From: Candidatus Helarchaeota archaeon
Lineage (GTDB): Archaea; Asgardarchaeota; Lokiarchaeia; Helarchaeales; RDOG01
Reading direction: 5' to 3'
NCBI GenBank assembly: GCA_019058315.1
Contig: JAHPZH010000004.1
Coordinates: 448,001 to 512,000, forward strand
DNA: 64,000 nt
The position numbers and the translations under genes were made by a program. This document shows positions 19,114 to 28,620 of this stretch, in pieces; position 1 is the stretch's first letter; every line of letters starts with the position of its first letter. The notes under the pieces are model-generated. The model was not told the DNA's origin and ran no database searches. It saw nothing but the letters and a program-made list of their open reading frames with translations.

Positions 19114-20011
19114 AGATTTTTTCCTCGATAATTCTTTTATCCTCTTTTCTTCTGTCGGATTCGCTCCATAGAGATTGTTTTGCAATCATTGAGTATTTAC
19201 GATAATAAGATACTAAGTATCCCATAAGTTTGAGTGCTAAAAAATGCCCTTCCTCGGTATATACCACCGATTTCTGATAAGGGCTAGAATTAATCTTCTT
19301 TTTTAAAGCATGACTATGAATTTCTACGACATCTCTTGGTCCTGCATTTAAAAATCCCATTTCCTCAGCTATAGCTCTGAGTTGTTCGTTTGTATTATGT
19401 TTTACCTTATAGATCCGTTGCTCAATCGCCAATTCTATTAAATTTTCATATTTTTTAACTAATTTATAAAAATTATCTGGCAGGGATTCACGTAAAGGTG
19501 CTAAACCATAAAGACGAGCTGTGACAACAGTTTTAGGAAAATCTGACAAGCGTTCGAGTAATTCCAACTCATTCTGCTCTAACTTGCGTAATTCTATAGA
19601 CTCTAGTTTAACTAACAAGTGTTTTCTTTCAATGGAATGTCGTAATGCGCTCTTTAAAATTGAAGTATCTACCAATCCCTTTATTAAATAATCTTGCGCT
19701 CCCTCTCTTATTGCCTGGATCGATAGATCGTCATCATTTGTTCCAGTCAATATTATAATTGGCACTTTTGGAACGATAGAATTTATTCTAGAAAATGTTT
19801 TAATCCCCTGACTATCTGGTAGTCCAAGATCAAGCAAAATTATATCAAAAGTTTCCTCTTCAAGATATTTTATAGCTTTTGATAGAGAATTTGCGCACTT
19901 TAAATTTGCGTCTAGCTTTGTATCGGATAATAATTCCTTTATAAGTCGTATATCTGCTAAGTTATCTTCAATTAATAAAATTTTATGCTCTATATTATCC
20001 ATAAACTTCAC
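19106..20011 (-). CDS. kaiA3: KaiA3-like protein: receiver domain + KaiA-type C-terminal helical domain
   Basis: Intact REC ([24 protein letters not shown]). C-terminal [11 protein letters not shown]...[21 protein letters not shown] parallels KaiA VVEIH.....DYRLTLIDVIAHLCEMYRRS. The gene lies directly upstream of kaiB-kaiC. Confidence 0.85.
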   Translation of the reverse strand: MKFMDNIEHKILLIEDNLADIRLIKELLSDTKLDANLKCANSLSKAIKYLEEETFDIILLDLGLPDSQGIKTFSRINSIVPKVPIIILTGTNDDDLSIQAIREGAQDYLIKGLVDTSILKSALRHSIERKHLLVKLESIELRKLEQNELELLERLSDFPKTVVTARLYGLAPLRESLPDNFYKLVKKYENLIELAIEQRIYKVKHNTNEQLRAIAEEMGFLNAGPRDVVEIHSHALKKKINSSPYQKSVVYTEEGHFLALKLMGYLVSYYRKYSMIAKQSLWSESDRRKEDKRIIEEKIYE

Positions 20012-20454
20012 TCCAATGGTAATTTAACAATTGTAAACCAAAAATCTTCAATTGATTTTATTACTCTAATGAACTTTTCAAGTTCAACCGGTTTTGTCAC
20101 ATAGGCGTTAGCATGTAAATTATAACTTTTAAATACATCTTCTTCGGCTCTAGATGTCGTTAAAACAACTATAGGAATTCTCTTAAGGTTATCGTTACTT
20201 TTTATTTCTGCTAAAACCTCACGTCCATCCTTTTTAGGTAGGTTAAGATCAAGGAGAATCAAGTCTGGCCGAGGTGCATATAAATATTTACCTTTTTTGA
20301 GTAGAAAATCTAAGGCTTCAACACCATTATAGGCAACATGTAAATTATTAATCACTTTACCCTCTTTTAAGGCCTCTTGTGTTAATCTTACATCTCCTTG
20401 GTTATCTTCTACCAATAATATCTCAATATTTCTAACTGTATTTTTATCATTCAT
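20008..20454 (-). CDS. Rcp1-like single-domain response regulator
   Basis: [53 protein letters not shown]. Confidence 0.92.
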   Translation of the reverse strand: MNDKNTVRNIEILLVEDNQGDVRLTQEALKEGKVINNLHVAYNGVEALDFLLKKGKYLYAPRPDLILLDLNLPKKDGREVLAEIKSNDNLKRIPIVVLTTSRAEEDVFKSYNLHANAYVTKPVELEKFIRVIKSIEDFWFTIVKLPLE

Positions 20455-21905
20455 AATTTTTCATCCTTCAATAAAATTTCATTTTTAATTTCAATTCTTT
20501 CTGGAATTGTGAAATAAAACGTTGCTCCCTCCCCAAGTTGCGAATCCACCCAAATTTTCCCCTTATGACGTTCAACAATTTTCTTACATAGAGCTAGACC
20601 TATCCCAGTCCCTGGATATTCTTCTCTAGTGTGTAATCTCTGGAATATAACAAAAATACGTTCAAAATATTCTGGATCTATACCAATACCATTATCTTGA
20701 ACTGAAAAAATCCAATTCTCATTTTTATTCTCAGCTGAGATGAGAATTCGTGGAGGTGCTTTATTACGGAACTTAATAGCATTGCTAATAAGATTTTGAA
20801 ATAGTTGTTCCATCTGTGATCCATCAGCCATAACTTCAGGTAAAGAATTTCGGATAATTATGGCTGAATTCTCTTCGATTAATTTTGTCAAATTATTAAG
20901 TGCTCTATCCAAAATTTTATCGCAATCAACTCGATCAAAAGGTTTACCTCTTGTTCCCACTCTTGAGTAAGTTAATAAATCATTAATAAGTTGTTTCATT
21001 CTGTTTGTCCCATCAACAGCATAATAAATGAAATCATCTGCTTCGTCATCAAGTTTACCTTTATAACGCTTTGCTAGAAGCTGAACATAACTTGAAATCA
21101 TTCGTAAGGGTTCTTGTAAGTCGTGAGAAGCTATATATGCGAATTGTTCTAACTCTTTATTTGAAATTTCTAACCTATTTAAAATGATTTTTAATTTTTC
21201 CTCTGCTCTCTTACGATCGGATATATCTATTCCTACTCCTATCAGAAATATATCTTTATGTATTTCCTTATATTTTCCCATAAAGTAAAAAGGAGTTGAA
21301 ATACCGTTTTTTGATATAAAATTTATTTCAAAATTTAATCTCCCTTTATCAAAAACTTCTTTTAATTTATCATTTAGTATATTTTTCTCTAAAAAAAAAT
21401 CAAGGATGTTCATATTTGAAATTTCTTTTAAAGAATACCCAGAAATTTTTTCTAAGTTTTTATTCCACCTTATAAGTCTTCTATTTTTATCAATTATAAA
21501 AAAAATACCTGGTAAACTATTTATTATAAACTTAGATAGATTTTTTTCTCTTTGTAAATCTTTTTTCATATGGTTACGAATTCTTTCTTTAGAGTGTTCC
21601 AGTTCCAATGTTAGGGATAACATTCCTTTATTTGTTTCTGTCAGTTCCGTTTGTAAAGTCTGTATGGTATTTTCTGCTTCCTTAAGTTTTCTTTTTAATT
21701 CTTTGACGCTCATAGTTAATACTTCTTGAATGTTTCGAAGTTCCAGGGTACGTTGCTCGACTTGCTGTTCTAATTTCTCATTAGCTTTTTCCAATTCCAA
21801 TGTCAAAACCATAATTCCCTTATTAGTTTCCTCCAATTCTATTTGTAAGGAGCGAACTATATTTCTCTCTTCTTGCAATTGTTTTTGTAATTTATTATTG
21901 CTCAT
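20451..21905 (-). CDS. Histidine kinase with Cph1/bacteriophytochrome-type transmitter, one PAS and an N-terminal coiled coil with two ETNKG motifs
   Basis: H-box [33 protein letters not shown]; no chromophore-binding GAF/PHY; coupled to the Rcp1-like gene. Confidence 0.9.
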   Translation of the reverse strand: MSNNKLQKQLQEERNIVRSLQIELEETNKGIMVLTLELEKANEKLEQQVEQRTLELRNIQEVLTMSVKELKRKLKEAENTIQTLQTELTETNKGMLSLTLELEHSKERIRNHMKKDLQREKNLSKFIINSLPGIFFIIDKNRRLIRWNKNLEKISGYSLKEISNMNILDFFLEKNILNDKLKEVFDKGRLNFEINFISKNGISTPFYFMGKYKEIHKDIFLIGVGIDISDRKRAEEKLKIILNRLEISNKELEQFAYIASHDLQEPLRMISSYVQLLAKRYKGKLDDEADDFIYYAVDGTNRMKQLINDLLTYSRVGTRGKPFDRVDCDKILDRALNNLTKLIEENSAIIIRNSLPEVMADGSQMEQLFQNLISNAIKFRNKAPPRILISAENKNENWIFSVQDNGIGIDPEYFERIFVIFQRLHTREEYPGTGIGLALCKKIVERHKGKIWVDSQLGEGATFYFTIPERIEIKNEILLKDEKL

Positions 21906-22141
21906 AGAACACCCCGCATCACAATTTCTCCAGTTCTATCACCGATTGAGGCGAGATTTGACTCATTAAGCTCAGTCAGTAAAAAAAATATGGTATTTTT
22001 TTGTCCTTTAAGTCGATTTTTTAATTTTTTAATGTTCATTAAAATCCCTAACATATTAAAAAGAATTTTCTATCTTTATATAAATCTAATAATATTTTTT
22101 GTAAAATTGAATAAGTAGAACTATATTTTTTCGAAATCAAT

Positions 22142-22963
22142 TTAATTTTCTCCATTCTTAATCTGTTCTTCATTAATAGGAAGTTTAATTGTGAAAATAG
22201 AACCCCTATTAAATCTACTTTTAACTTGTATTGTTCCATTATGTTGCTCAATAATATATTTCGCTATTGGCAGCCCCAACCCCATACCTTTAACTTTAGT
22301 GCTGAAAAGCGGCTCAAATATTCTTTTCAAATTCTCCTTTGGTATGCCCGCACCCGTATCTTTAATTTTTATTTCAATTATATTATTTTTAATAAGAGTC
22401 TTTATCTCTAAAACTCCTTCTTCTTGCATTGCTTGAATGGCATTAATAATGATATTTTGAAAAGCTTGTTGAATTTTTAAAGGATCTAAACTAATTAATG
22501 GTAAATTTTCACCAAGATTTAACAATACTTCAATATTACCATTTATGAGAGTATTGGCTATTGAATTTTTAATTAATAAGTTTATATTACCCTTTTCTAT
22601 ATTAGGTTCCTTTACTATTGCAAAAAAAAGTAGATCGGTGATTATTCTATTTGCCCGAATCACTTCTTTTTGAATAATATTAAGGTGTTTAATTATTTTC
22701 TGATCCACATCTTTAAGTCTCATATTTAAGTAATAAACTGAATTACTAATAACTCCAAGGGGATTCCGTAGCTCATGTCCAACACTTCCTGCAAGCTTTC
22801 CGATCACTGCTAATTTTTCCTTTGAAAACAATTCGTCCTTAGTGCGATCCAACTCCAATGTTAAAGCAACTATTCCACGGTTAGTCTCATCAAGTTCTTT
22901 CTGTAAATAATGAATATTTTCATTTGCCATTCTAAGCTTTTCCATTAATTCGCTATTGTTCAT
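22142..22963 (-). CDS. Sensor-less histidine kinase with N-terminal ETNRG coiled coil (stressosome-associated)
   Basis: ELDETNRGIVALTLELD, GHELRNPL, DTGAGI, GMGLGL; ATGA overlap with the PP2C gene. Confidence 0.88.
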   Translation of the reverse strand: MNNSELMEKLRMANENIHYLQKELDETNRGIVALTLELDRTKDELFSKEKLAVIGKLAGSVGHELRNPLGVISNSVYYLNMRLKDVDQKIIKHLNIIQKEVIRANRIITDLLFFAIVKEPNIEKGNINLLIKNSIANTLINGNIEVLLNLGENLPLISLDPLKIQQAFQNIIINAIQAMQEEGVLEIKTLIKNNIIEIKIKDTGAGIPKENLKRIFEPLFSTKVKGMGLGLPIAKYIIEQHNGTIQVKSRFNRGSIFTIKLPINEEQIKNGEN

Positions 22964-23964
22964 ATTTTTCCCCTCACAACGACCACTGTTGCATCATCAT
23001 CATCTTTTGCTAAAGAACGTAATAAAACTTGAGCAATTTTCGTAGCTGATTCATTTTGAAGATAATAAAAATTATCCCAATTCCAATGTGATATTATACC
23101 ATCTGAATGAAGAATCATGATATAACTAGGATCCCAATGTTTCTCATTGATTACTGGATTTGGGCTTTTAATCCCAAGTATTCCACGTCTTATAATAAAG
23201 TCTATTTTTTCTGAAGAACCAATAACCCTCACTGTAATGTTTCCAATGCTAGCAAGAGTGATTTTTTGCTTTGTCCAATCAAAACGTGCTAGAGCCATTA
23301 CAACGCCACGTGTAGCACTACATGTACGTCCAGTGCCACGAAAAATTTGGTCTAATGGCTGGTCATAATGTTTCATTATATAATTCCATGCAGTTTTAGC
23401 AGCGCGATGTGCAAATTGTCCATGTCCTAGACCATCAATTACTCCTACTAATGCGCTGTGATTCCATCGTTTAATTATAAATGAGTCTCCATTAAGACTC
23501 ATCCCTAATCTTGGACGTGATGCACCATCTATTAAAAAAGGACAGGAACCCGATATTCGCTTATTTTTTATATAATATTTACAAATAATATGCGTATATC
23601 CCGGCTTTGAACTAATTTCAAGTTCGTCCATTATTCTATTAACAATTCCTAAACCATAACCCAAGCTTTTCTTTGTTGAATACCCATTAGTAATTGATTT
23701 TTCAATATTATTAAATCCTGGTCCACTATCCACGGATTCAATTTGAACACCTTGCTTTTTACCATTATTAAGGGAGCTAATTATCAATTCTCCTTTATTA
23801 GCATGTTTTATCAAATTAGTAGCAAGTTCATTAATAACTAGTTCAATATTTTCAGATGTTAATGTATCAAATCCTATAGCAACGCCTAATTGTTTTACTA
23901 TTTGGCGTGCGAGTAAAATATCGCTTCGATTTTTTATTATTATAATTTCTTTGATTTTTTTCAC
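22960..23964 (-). CDS. rsbX: RsbT-like HATPase fused to RsbX-like PP2C/SpoIIE phosphatase
   Basis: N-terminal ELATNLIKHA, DSGPG, GYST..SLGYGLG; C-terminal NGDS, IDGLGHG, HSDGI, DDATVVV. Confidence 0.85.
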   Translation of the reverse strand: MKKIKEIIIIKNRSDILLARQIVKQLGVAIGFDTLTSENIELVINELATNLIKHANKGELIISSLNNGKKQGVQIESVDSGPGFNNIEKSITNGYSTKKSLGYGLGIVNRIMDELEISSKPGYTHIICKYYIKNKRISGSCPFLIDGASRPRLGMSLNGDSFIIKRWNHSALVGVIDGLGHGQFAHRAAKTAWNYIMKHYDQPLDQIFRGTGRTCSATRGVVMALARFDWTKQKITLASIGNITVRVIGSSEKIDFIIRRGILGIKSPNPVINEKHWDPSYIMILHSDGIISHWNWDNFYYLQNESATKIAQVLLRSLAKDDDDATVVVVRGKI

Positions 23965-23971
23965 GCTACTT

Positions 23972-24379
23972 TTATTTAAGCCATTTAATAATAATCACTT
24001 GTGTTCCTTTACCTACCTTGGAATCAATCTCCATTTCATCCATGAGTCGTTTAGATCCAGGTAATCCCATTCCTAGTCCATTACCAGTACTATAACCTTC
24101 TTGCATTGCTAATTCAATATCTTGGATGCCCGGACCATTATCCTTAAAAATTAACTTGAGCCCAACCTTATTTTCAGAATTAACTTTCATCCATATCATT
24201 TTTCCCGAACCAGCAAATTTATAAATGTTCCTAGCTAGCTCAGAAACTGCTGTAATTATTCTAGTAACGTCTGTCATACCAAATCCCATCGCATTAGCCG
24301 CATTACGTGCCATTCTCCTTGCATTTATTATATCCGTTTCAGAACTAATAGTAACTATATTTTGAGTTGTTAGGGTCAT
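23972..24379 (-). CDS. rsbT: Stressosome Ser/Thr kinase RsbT
   Basis: ITAVSELARNI, DNGPGI.DIELAMQEGYST..GLGMGLPGSKRLMDE. Confidence 0.95.
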   Translation of the reverse strand: MTLTTQNIVTISSETDIINARRMARNAANAMGFGMTDVTRIITAVSELARNIYKFAGSGKMIWMKVNSENKVGLKLIFKDNGPGIQDIELAMQEGYSTGNGLGMGLPGSKRLMDEMEIDSKVGKGTQVIIIKWLK

Positions 24380-24753
24380 AATTGATGATCACTGCCTATT
24401 AAGTCAATAGCACTATCAACATCAAGCGATGTGATTGCATTACCTAATGTTAGTCCCAATTGTGTTGTTGTAATGGCAACACTAGGACGCATTCCTGCTA
24501 TAACTGTCACACCGCCCATCAAGGCTACCATTTGAGCTGTTTCCGCTATTGTACGGGCAAAAAATGAATCTACTGTCTCAACCATTGAAATATCCATGAC
24601 TAATCCCTTCACCGTATATTTCTCCATCGCATCCAACACTTTCTCCTGTAATTCAGAAACGGAACTATCATCCGGATCGGAGGGCACCGTAACTATCAAT
24701 ATTTCACGAATCTTATTTACTGAAATGCTCTCAAACTTCATTCTATACATCAC
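24376..24753 (-). CDS. rsbS: Stressosome STAS protein RsbS (likely start ATG 24741)
   Basis: STAS with phosphoacceptor Ser in VETVDSFFAR, GMRPSVAIT; located between rsbR and rsbT. Confidence 0.93.
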   Translation of the reverse strand: MMYRMKFESISVNKIREILIVTVPSDPDDSSVSELQEKVLDAMEKYTVKGLVMDISMVETVDSFFARTIAETAQMVALMGGVTVIAGMRPSVAITTTQLGLTLGNAITSLDVDSAIDLIGSDHQL

Positions 24754-24770
24754 CCACTAACTTAAACATT

Positions 24771-26042
24771 TCATTTTTTACTATTTTTGTTAATTATTTT
24801 CAATTCCAGTACTTCTAAAGCAAGTTCTAATCCTTCAGCTAAAGATTTACATGTACGGACACCCGAGAGATCAATACCAAGATGAATTAATGTTTGCGCA
24901 ATAGCAGGATTTATTCCAGTTAAAACTACTTTTGAGCCTAGTAAACGAACTGCATTTATTGTATCAACGAGATGTTGGGCAATTCCAGTATCAATAGCTG
25001 GGACACCCGTAATATCTAATAAAGCGACTTTAGAGTGTGTATCTACGATTCTTTGTAGTAAATGTTCCATAATTTGCTGTGTGCGTTCGCTATCTAACAT
25101 GCCTATTATTGGAGTAATTACAACGCCTTCCCAGATTTGTATGACTGGAGTAGAAGATTCAAGTATATCTTCAGCTCTCTTCTCTAATGATTTTCGAAGG
25201 GTGATATCTGAAGCCACTGACGCAAGTGCGGTGATATTTGCGCCCCCAGTAGTAGATGTTGACATGGAGAAATATCTTTTTTGTCCATCTTCCCCAATAA
25301 ATTCAACTTCATAGCCAAGTTCGGGGGTTTTTGTTTTAAAAACTTTTTTGAATATCTCTAATAGTCGATTAGACTCATTAGGAGATACTAAATCAATTAA
25401 TGATGTCTCGACAACATCTTGATATTTGAAACCTAATCGATCGCTTAATGCTTTGTTACTATAAAGAATTTGGCCATTTGTATTGTGTAATATTAAAGCA
25501 TCTTGTGTGTTTTTTACTAAAGTTTGATATTTTTCCACATTTAACATTAGCGTTGAAATATCAATAAAATGTCCAACAGTCTGACCCAGAGATTCTAAAT
25601 TTTTAACATCCTCATTGGTATATCCACCTGCTTTATTAGCAACAGATATCGTGCCAATAGGATTTCCATGATGTCGTAAAGGAATACCTAAAAAAGAATT
25701 GATAGGTGGATGCCCTTCTGGAATACCTCCACTTTCTGGATCTGTAGATGGGGAATTAGAGATGTAACTCTTATTAGTTCTTATAGGAACCAACCAAAGA
25801 TGTTTGCCAACTAGAGCTGATGGTGGGAATACAACTTCTTTTATTGGCATTTTACATGCTTCCCAACCCATCCCATTTATCCCAAGGGTATGATAAGAAC
25901 CTTCCGACATAATGCCAGTTTGACCATACTCACTTTTTGTTAGTTCTACCGCATAATCTATAAGGATTTGTCCTTGTTCATAAATATCTTTTTTACTTCT
26001 CATTTTTGCTATTAAAATATCATTTTTTTCATTATTACTCAT
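24771..26042 (-). CDS. rsbR: RsbR-family sensor: GAF-PAS-STAS
   Basis: GAF (SNSPSTDP..GGIPEGHPPI.SFLGIPL), PAS, then STPVIQIWEG..PIIG.LDSER and DITGVP.IDT.IAQHL. Confidence 0.9.
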   Translation of the reverse strand: MSNNEKNDILIAKMRSKKDIYEQGQILIDYAVELTKSEYGQTGIMSEGSYHTLGINGMGWEACKMPIKEVVFPPSALVGKHLWLVPIRTNKSYISNSPSTDPESGGIPEGHPPINSFLGIPLRHHGNPIGTISVANKAGGYTNEDVKNLESLGQTVGHFIDISTLMLNVEKYQTLVKNTQDALILHNTNGQILYSNKALSDRLGFKYQDVVETSLIDLVSPNESNRLLEIFKKVFKTKTPELGYEVEFIGEDGQKRYFSMSTSTTGGANITALASVASDITLRKSLEKRAEDILESSTPVIQIWEGVVITPIIGMLDSERTQQIMEHLLQRIVDTHSKVALLDITGVPAIDTGIAQHLVDTINAVRLLGSKVVLTGINPAIAQTLIHLGIDLSGVRTCKSLAEGLELALEVLELKIINKNSKK

Positions 26043-26108
26043 TCATGTTTCCTCCATTTTTTAAATTTGTTTCATAAAATTAATTTCGTTTCTTATTATC
26101 CCCTCTTT

Positions 26109-28202
26109 CTACGCTATATTATTACTAATTATTTTCATATCTAGCATACTTAATGAAAGTCGAATTCCTTCCATTAATGACTTACATGTAAAAATTCCAG
26201 AGAGATCAATACCTAAATAAACTAAAGTCTGAGCAATAGAGGGTTTTATGCCAGTCAAAACTACGTGTGTACCTAATAAACGAACAGCATTAAATGTATC
26301 GATTAAATGTTGGGCAATTGCAGTGTCTACAGTAGGGACACCTGTAATATCCACCAAAGCGACCTTTGAATGTGTTTCTACAACACGTTCTAATAATTGA
26401 TCCATAATTTGTTGAGCTCTCTCGCTATCCAATGTGCCTATAATCGGTATTACGACAATGCCTTCCCATACTTGAACCACAGGTGTGGAAGCTTCGAATA
26501 TAGCTGCTGTTCTCAGTTCTATTTCCTTAATGCGAGACATATCCCTGAGAGACTCAACTATTCCGATTATTTCGCCATCAATATTCCGATATGGTTGTGC
26601 AGTTATAATACAAGGGATTATAGTACCATCTTTGCGTATATGTTCAACGGGTAGTTCTAATCGATCTTTACCACCTAATATCTGAACTAATGTACATTCA
26701 GGAGTATGACATAAAGGGCTTTTTATTGCATCAAAGCAATTTATTCTTAATGATTCATCTATGCTTAATCCTGATAGTTCTGTAAATGTTTTATTTATTC
26801 GAAGCACATTGAAATTCTTGTCAATTATACGTATCCCGTCTGCTGCGGTATTAAAAACAGCATTCGTTGTATCAATTTCTCTTTTTATATTTTCATTTTT
26901 TTCGGTGAGAATATCCCTCATAAACTTCATGTTAAGGACTAATTCATTAAGAATCTGTTCTAACAATCCAATTTCCCCAGAATCGGTAATCTTCAGTTTC
27001 TGATCAAGATCTCCACCAGCAACAGATGCTATCTGCTTAATAATAATTGATAATCGATTCTGAACGGATTCAGACATATCTAACTCTTTAAGTGGTTTTT
27101 CTTCTTCTTTAAATGCACTAAATGGTTGATTTGAAACATATTTCAAGGGATCTTCACCTGTAAAAGGATGAATCCCACTGAGACTAGGTTTTTTTTCTAT
27201 TTCAAACCCAAGCGATTTTGCAAGCTCTCGATTTGCATCTATCTCAAAGACGTTTTCAACAATGTCTGAATAATTAACTTTTACTGATAATTGGGACCAT
27301 CTTTGCATCTGTGAAAGCATCCATATTCCATATTCGACCCATGGGAAAGGAGCAAAATCAATTCTATCAGGAATAACATGATTTTTCCCCTTACCATCTG
27401 GAAAATCTCCTGATAAAGCTTGTGCTACTGGTATATAATTTTCTTGATTTATATAATATGGAGCAGAGATTTCCTTAGCGATTTCCTTCCTTTCCTCAAC
27501 TTTCGCATTGTGCAATATCCATTCCGCCTCCAGAACGCTTTTCAGCATTATTTTGTATGTATTGGGATACTTTTCTATAAACTTCTGTTTAATTGCAAAG
27601 GCGCAGCAAGGATGACCTTGCCATATCTCCTTAGAAAGCGTATGAATGAATCCTATTTTTTGATAGACTGCTAATTGATTATATGGTTCTGCGGTAAAAT
27701 AACCATCTAATTTGCCCTTTTTTAGATAATATGGCATCAAAGATGGGGAAACTTCTTCCATTTTTACGTCTTTGAGAGGATTTAAACCATTTGCTGCTAA
27801 AAAATAACATAATAAGTAGTAATGCATAGAAAAGCGATATGGTATTCCAAAAGTGAATCCTTTCATATCCTTTACAGATTTTATTCCCAAATGTCTATTC
27901 GAGAGAGTTAAAGCTTGACCATTTATATTTTGCATAGTTACTAGTTTAATTTCTGATTTTTTACCATCTAATCCCAAATGGCAAGCAAGGGGCATTGGCG
28001 AAAGCATATGTGCCGCATCGATATAATCATAAACTAATAATTCCTTGACACCACTCCAACCAGGGGGTTTGATCATTTCCACATTAAGTCCGTTTTTTTC
28101 AAAAATACCATGACTATGAGCATAAATGAGTGGAGCAGAACAAGTAATTGGTATAAATCCAATTTTTAGGTCTGGTTTTTCAATTTTATAATTAATCAAC
28201 AT
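26109..28202 (-). CDS. rsbR: RsbR-family sensor: CynA/NrtA/CmpA-type solute-binding domain + HAMP-like linker + PAS + STAS
   Basis: EKPDLKIGFIPITC, AHMLSPMP, SMHYYLL, EPYNQ, WQGHPCC, DRIDF.PFPW with no signal peptide; GDLDQKL...GEIG.L linker; PAS; STAS GTLDSERA / VPTVDT. Confidence 0.88.
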   Translation of the reverse strand: MLINYKIEKPDLKIGFIPITCSAPLIYAHSHGIFEKNGLNVEMIKPPGWSGVKELLVYDYIDAAHMLSPMPLACHLGLDGKKSEIKLVTMQNINGQALTLSNRHLGIKSVKDMKGFTFGIPYRFSMHYYLLCYFLAANGLNPLKDVKMEEVSPSLMPYYLKKGKLDGYFTAEPYNQLAVYQKIGFIHTLSKEIWQGHPCCAFAIKQKFIEKYPNTYKIMLKSVLEAEWILHNAKVEERKEIAKEISAPYYINQENYIPVAQALSGDFPDGKGKNHVIPDRIDFAPFPWVEYGIWMLSQMQRWSQLSVKVNYSDIVENVFEIDANRELAKSLGFEIEKKPSLSGIHPFTGEDPLKYVSNQPFSAFKEEEKPLKELDMSESVQNRLSIIIKQIASVAGGDLDQKLKITDSGEIGLLEQILNELVLNMKFMRDILTEKNENIKREIDTTNAVFNTAADGIRIIDKNFNVLRINKTFTELSGLSIDESLRINCFDAIKSPLCHTPECTLVQILGGKDRLELPVEHIRKDGTIIPCIITAQPYRNIDGEIIGIVESLRDMSRIKEIELRTAAIFEASTPVVQVWEGIVVIPIIGTLDSERAQQIMDQLLERVVETHSKVALVDITGVPTVDTAIAQHLIDTFNAVRLLGTHVVLTGIKPSIAQTLVYLGIDLSGIFTCKSLMEGIRLSLSMLDMKIISNNIA

Positions 28203-28203
28203 T

Positions 28204-28530
28204 CTATTTTTCTCCCTCGATCATTTCTATTTCTGTATTTAAAGTCTGTAAATTACTGATGGGACTTGTACCAGATTTTTTTAATTCACTATATACTTTA
28301 TTTGGCAAGATCGAAATATGTTGAACTAGTTTTTCTATTAAAAAACCCAATAGTAGACAAGCCGGAATTCCAACAAATAGCGCAATTAAATGAGCAAAAA
28401 GCCAATCAAATAAAAAATTTGAACAAAAACCAATTCTAAATGCTGTTACTGTGAAAGTTACTATTTGAGTCATAAAAAATGCAATTAAAATTCTTCCTAA
28501 TACTTTAGCATATTTTTGTGGAATTTTCAT
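28204..28530 (-). CDS. Small 2-TM membrane protein (DUF2798-like)
   Basis: Two hydrophobic helices around IGF..NFLFDWL.A..IA...GIP; AGGAGG RBS. Confidence 0.65.
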   Translation of the reverse strand: MKIPQKYAKVLGRILIAFFMTQIVTFTVTAFRIGFCSNFLFDWLFAHLIALFVGIPACLLLGFLIEKLVQHISILPNKVYSELKKSGTSPISNLQTLNTEIEMIEGEK

Positions 28531-28620
28531 ACTTTTTCCTCCTTTTCTGAAAGTTTATTTTTGCTTATAATCTCGAATTTAATTTTGTAAATCTCCTAAT
28601 TTTTTTTGATTAGATAGAAA

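Noticed and set aside
20451-21905. Phytochrome or light input to the clock
   Set aside because: Only the Cph1-type transmitter and Rcp1-like partner are present. There is no PAS-GAF-PHY module, and I saw no LOV motif (GxNCRFLQ) in any PAS domain.
22002-22140. Degenerate operator half-sites (22002, 22033) and a 30-aa TTG-start ORF in the gap between the two kinases
   Set aside because: Right half-sites and TATA spacing do not fit, and the peptide has no supporting features; indistinguishable from AT-rich background.
26109-28530. Nitrate/cyanate/bicarbonate ABC transporter operon
   Set aside because: No permease or ATPase genes are present, and the binding domain lacks an export signal and is fused to PAS-STAS.
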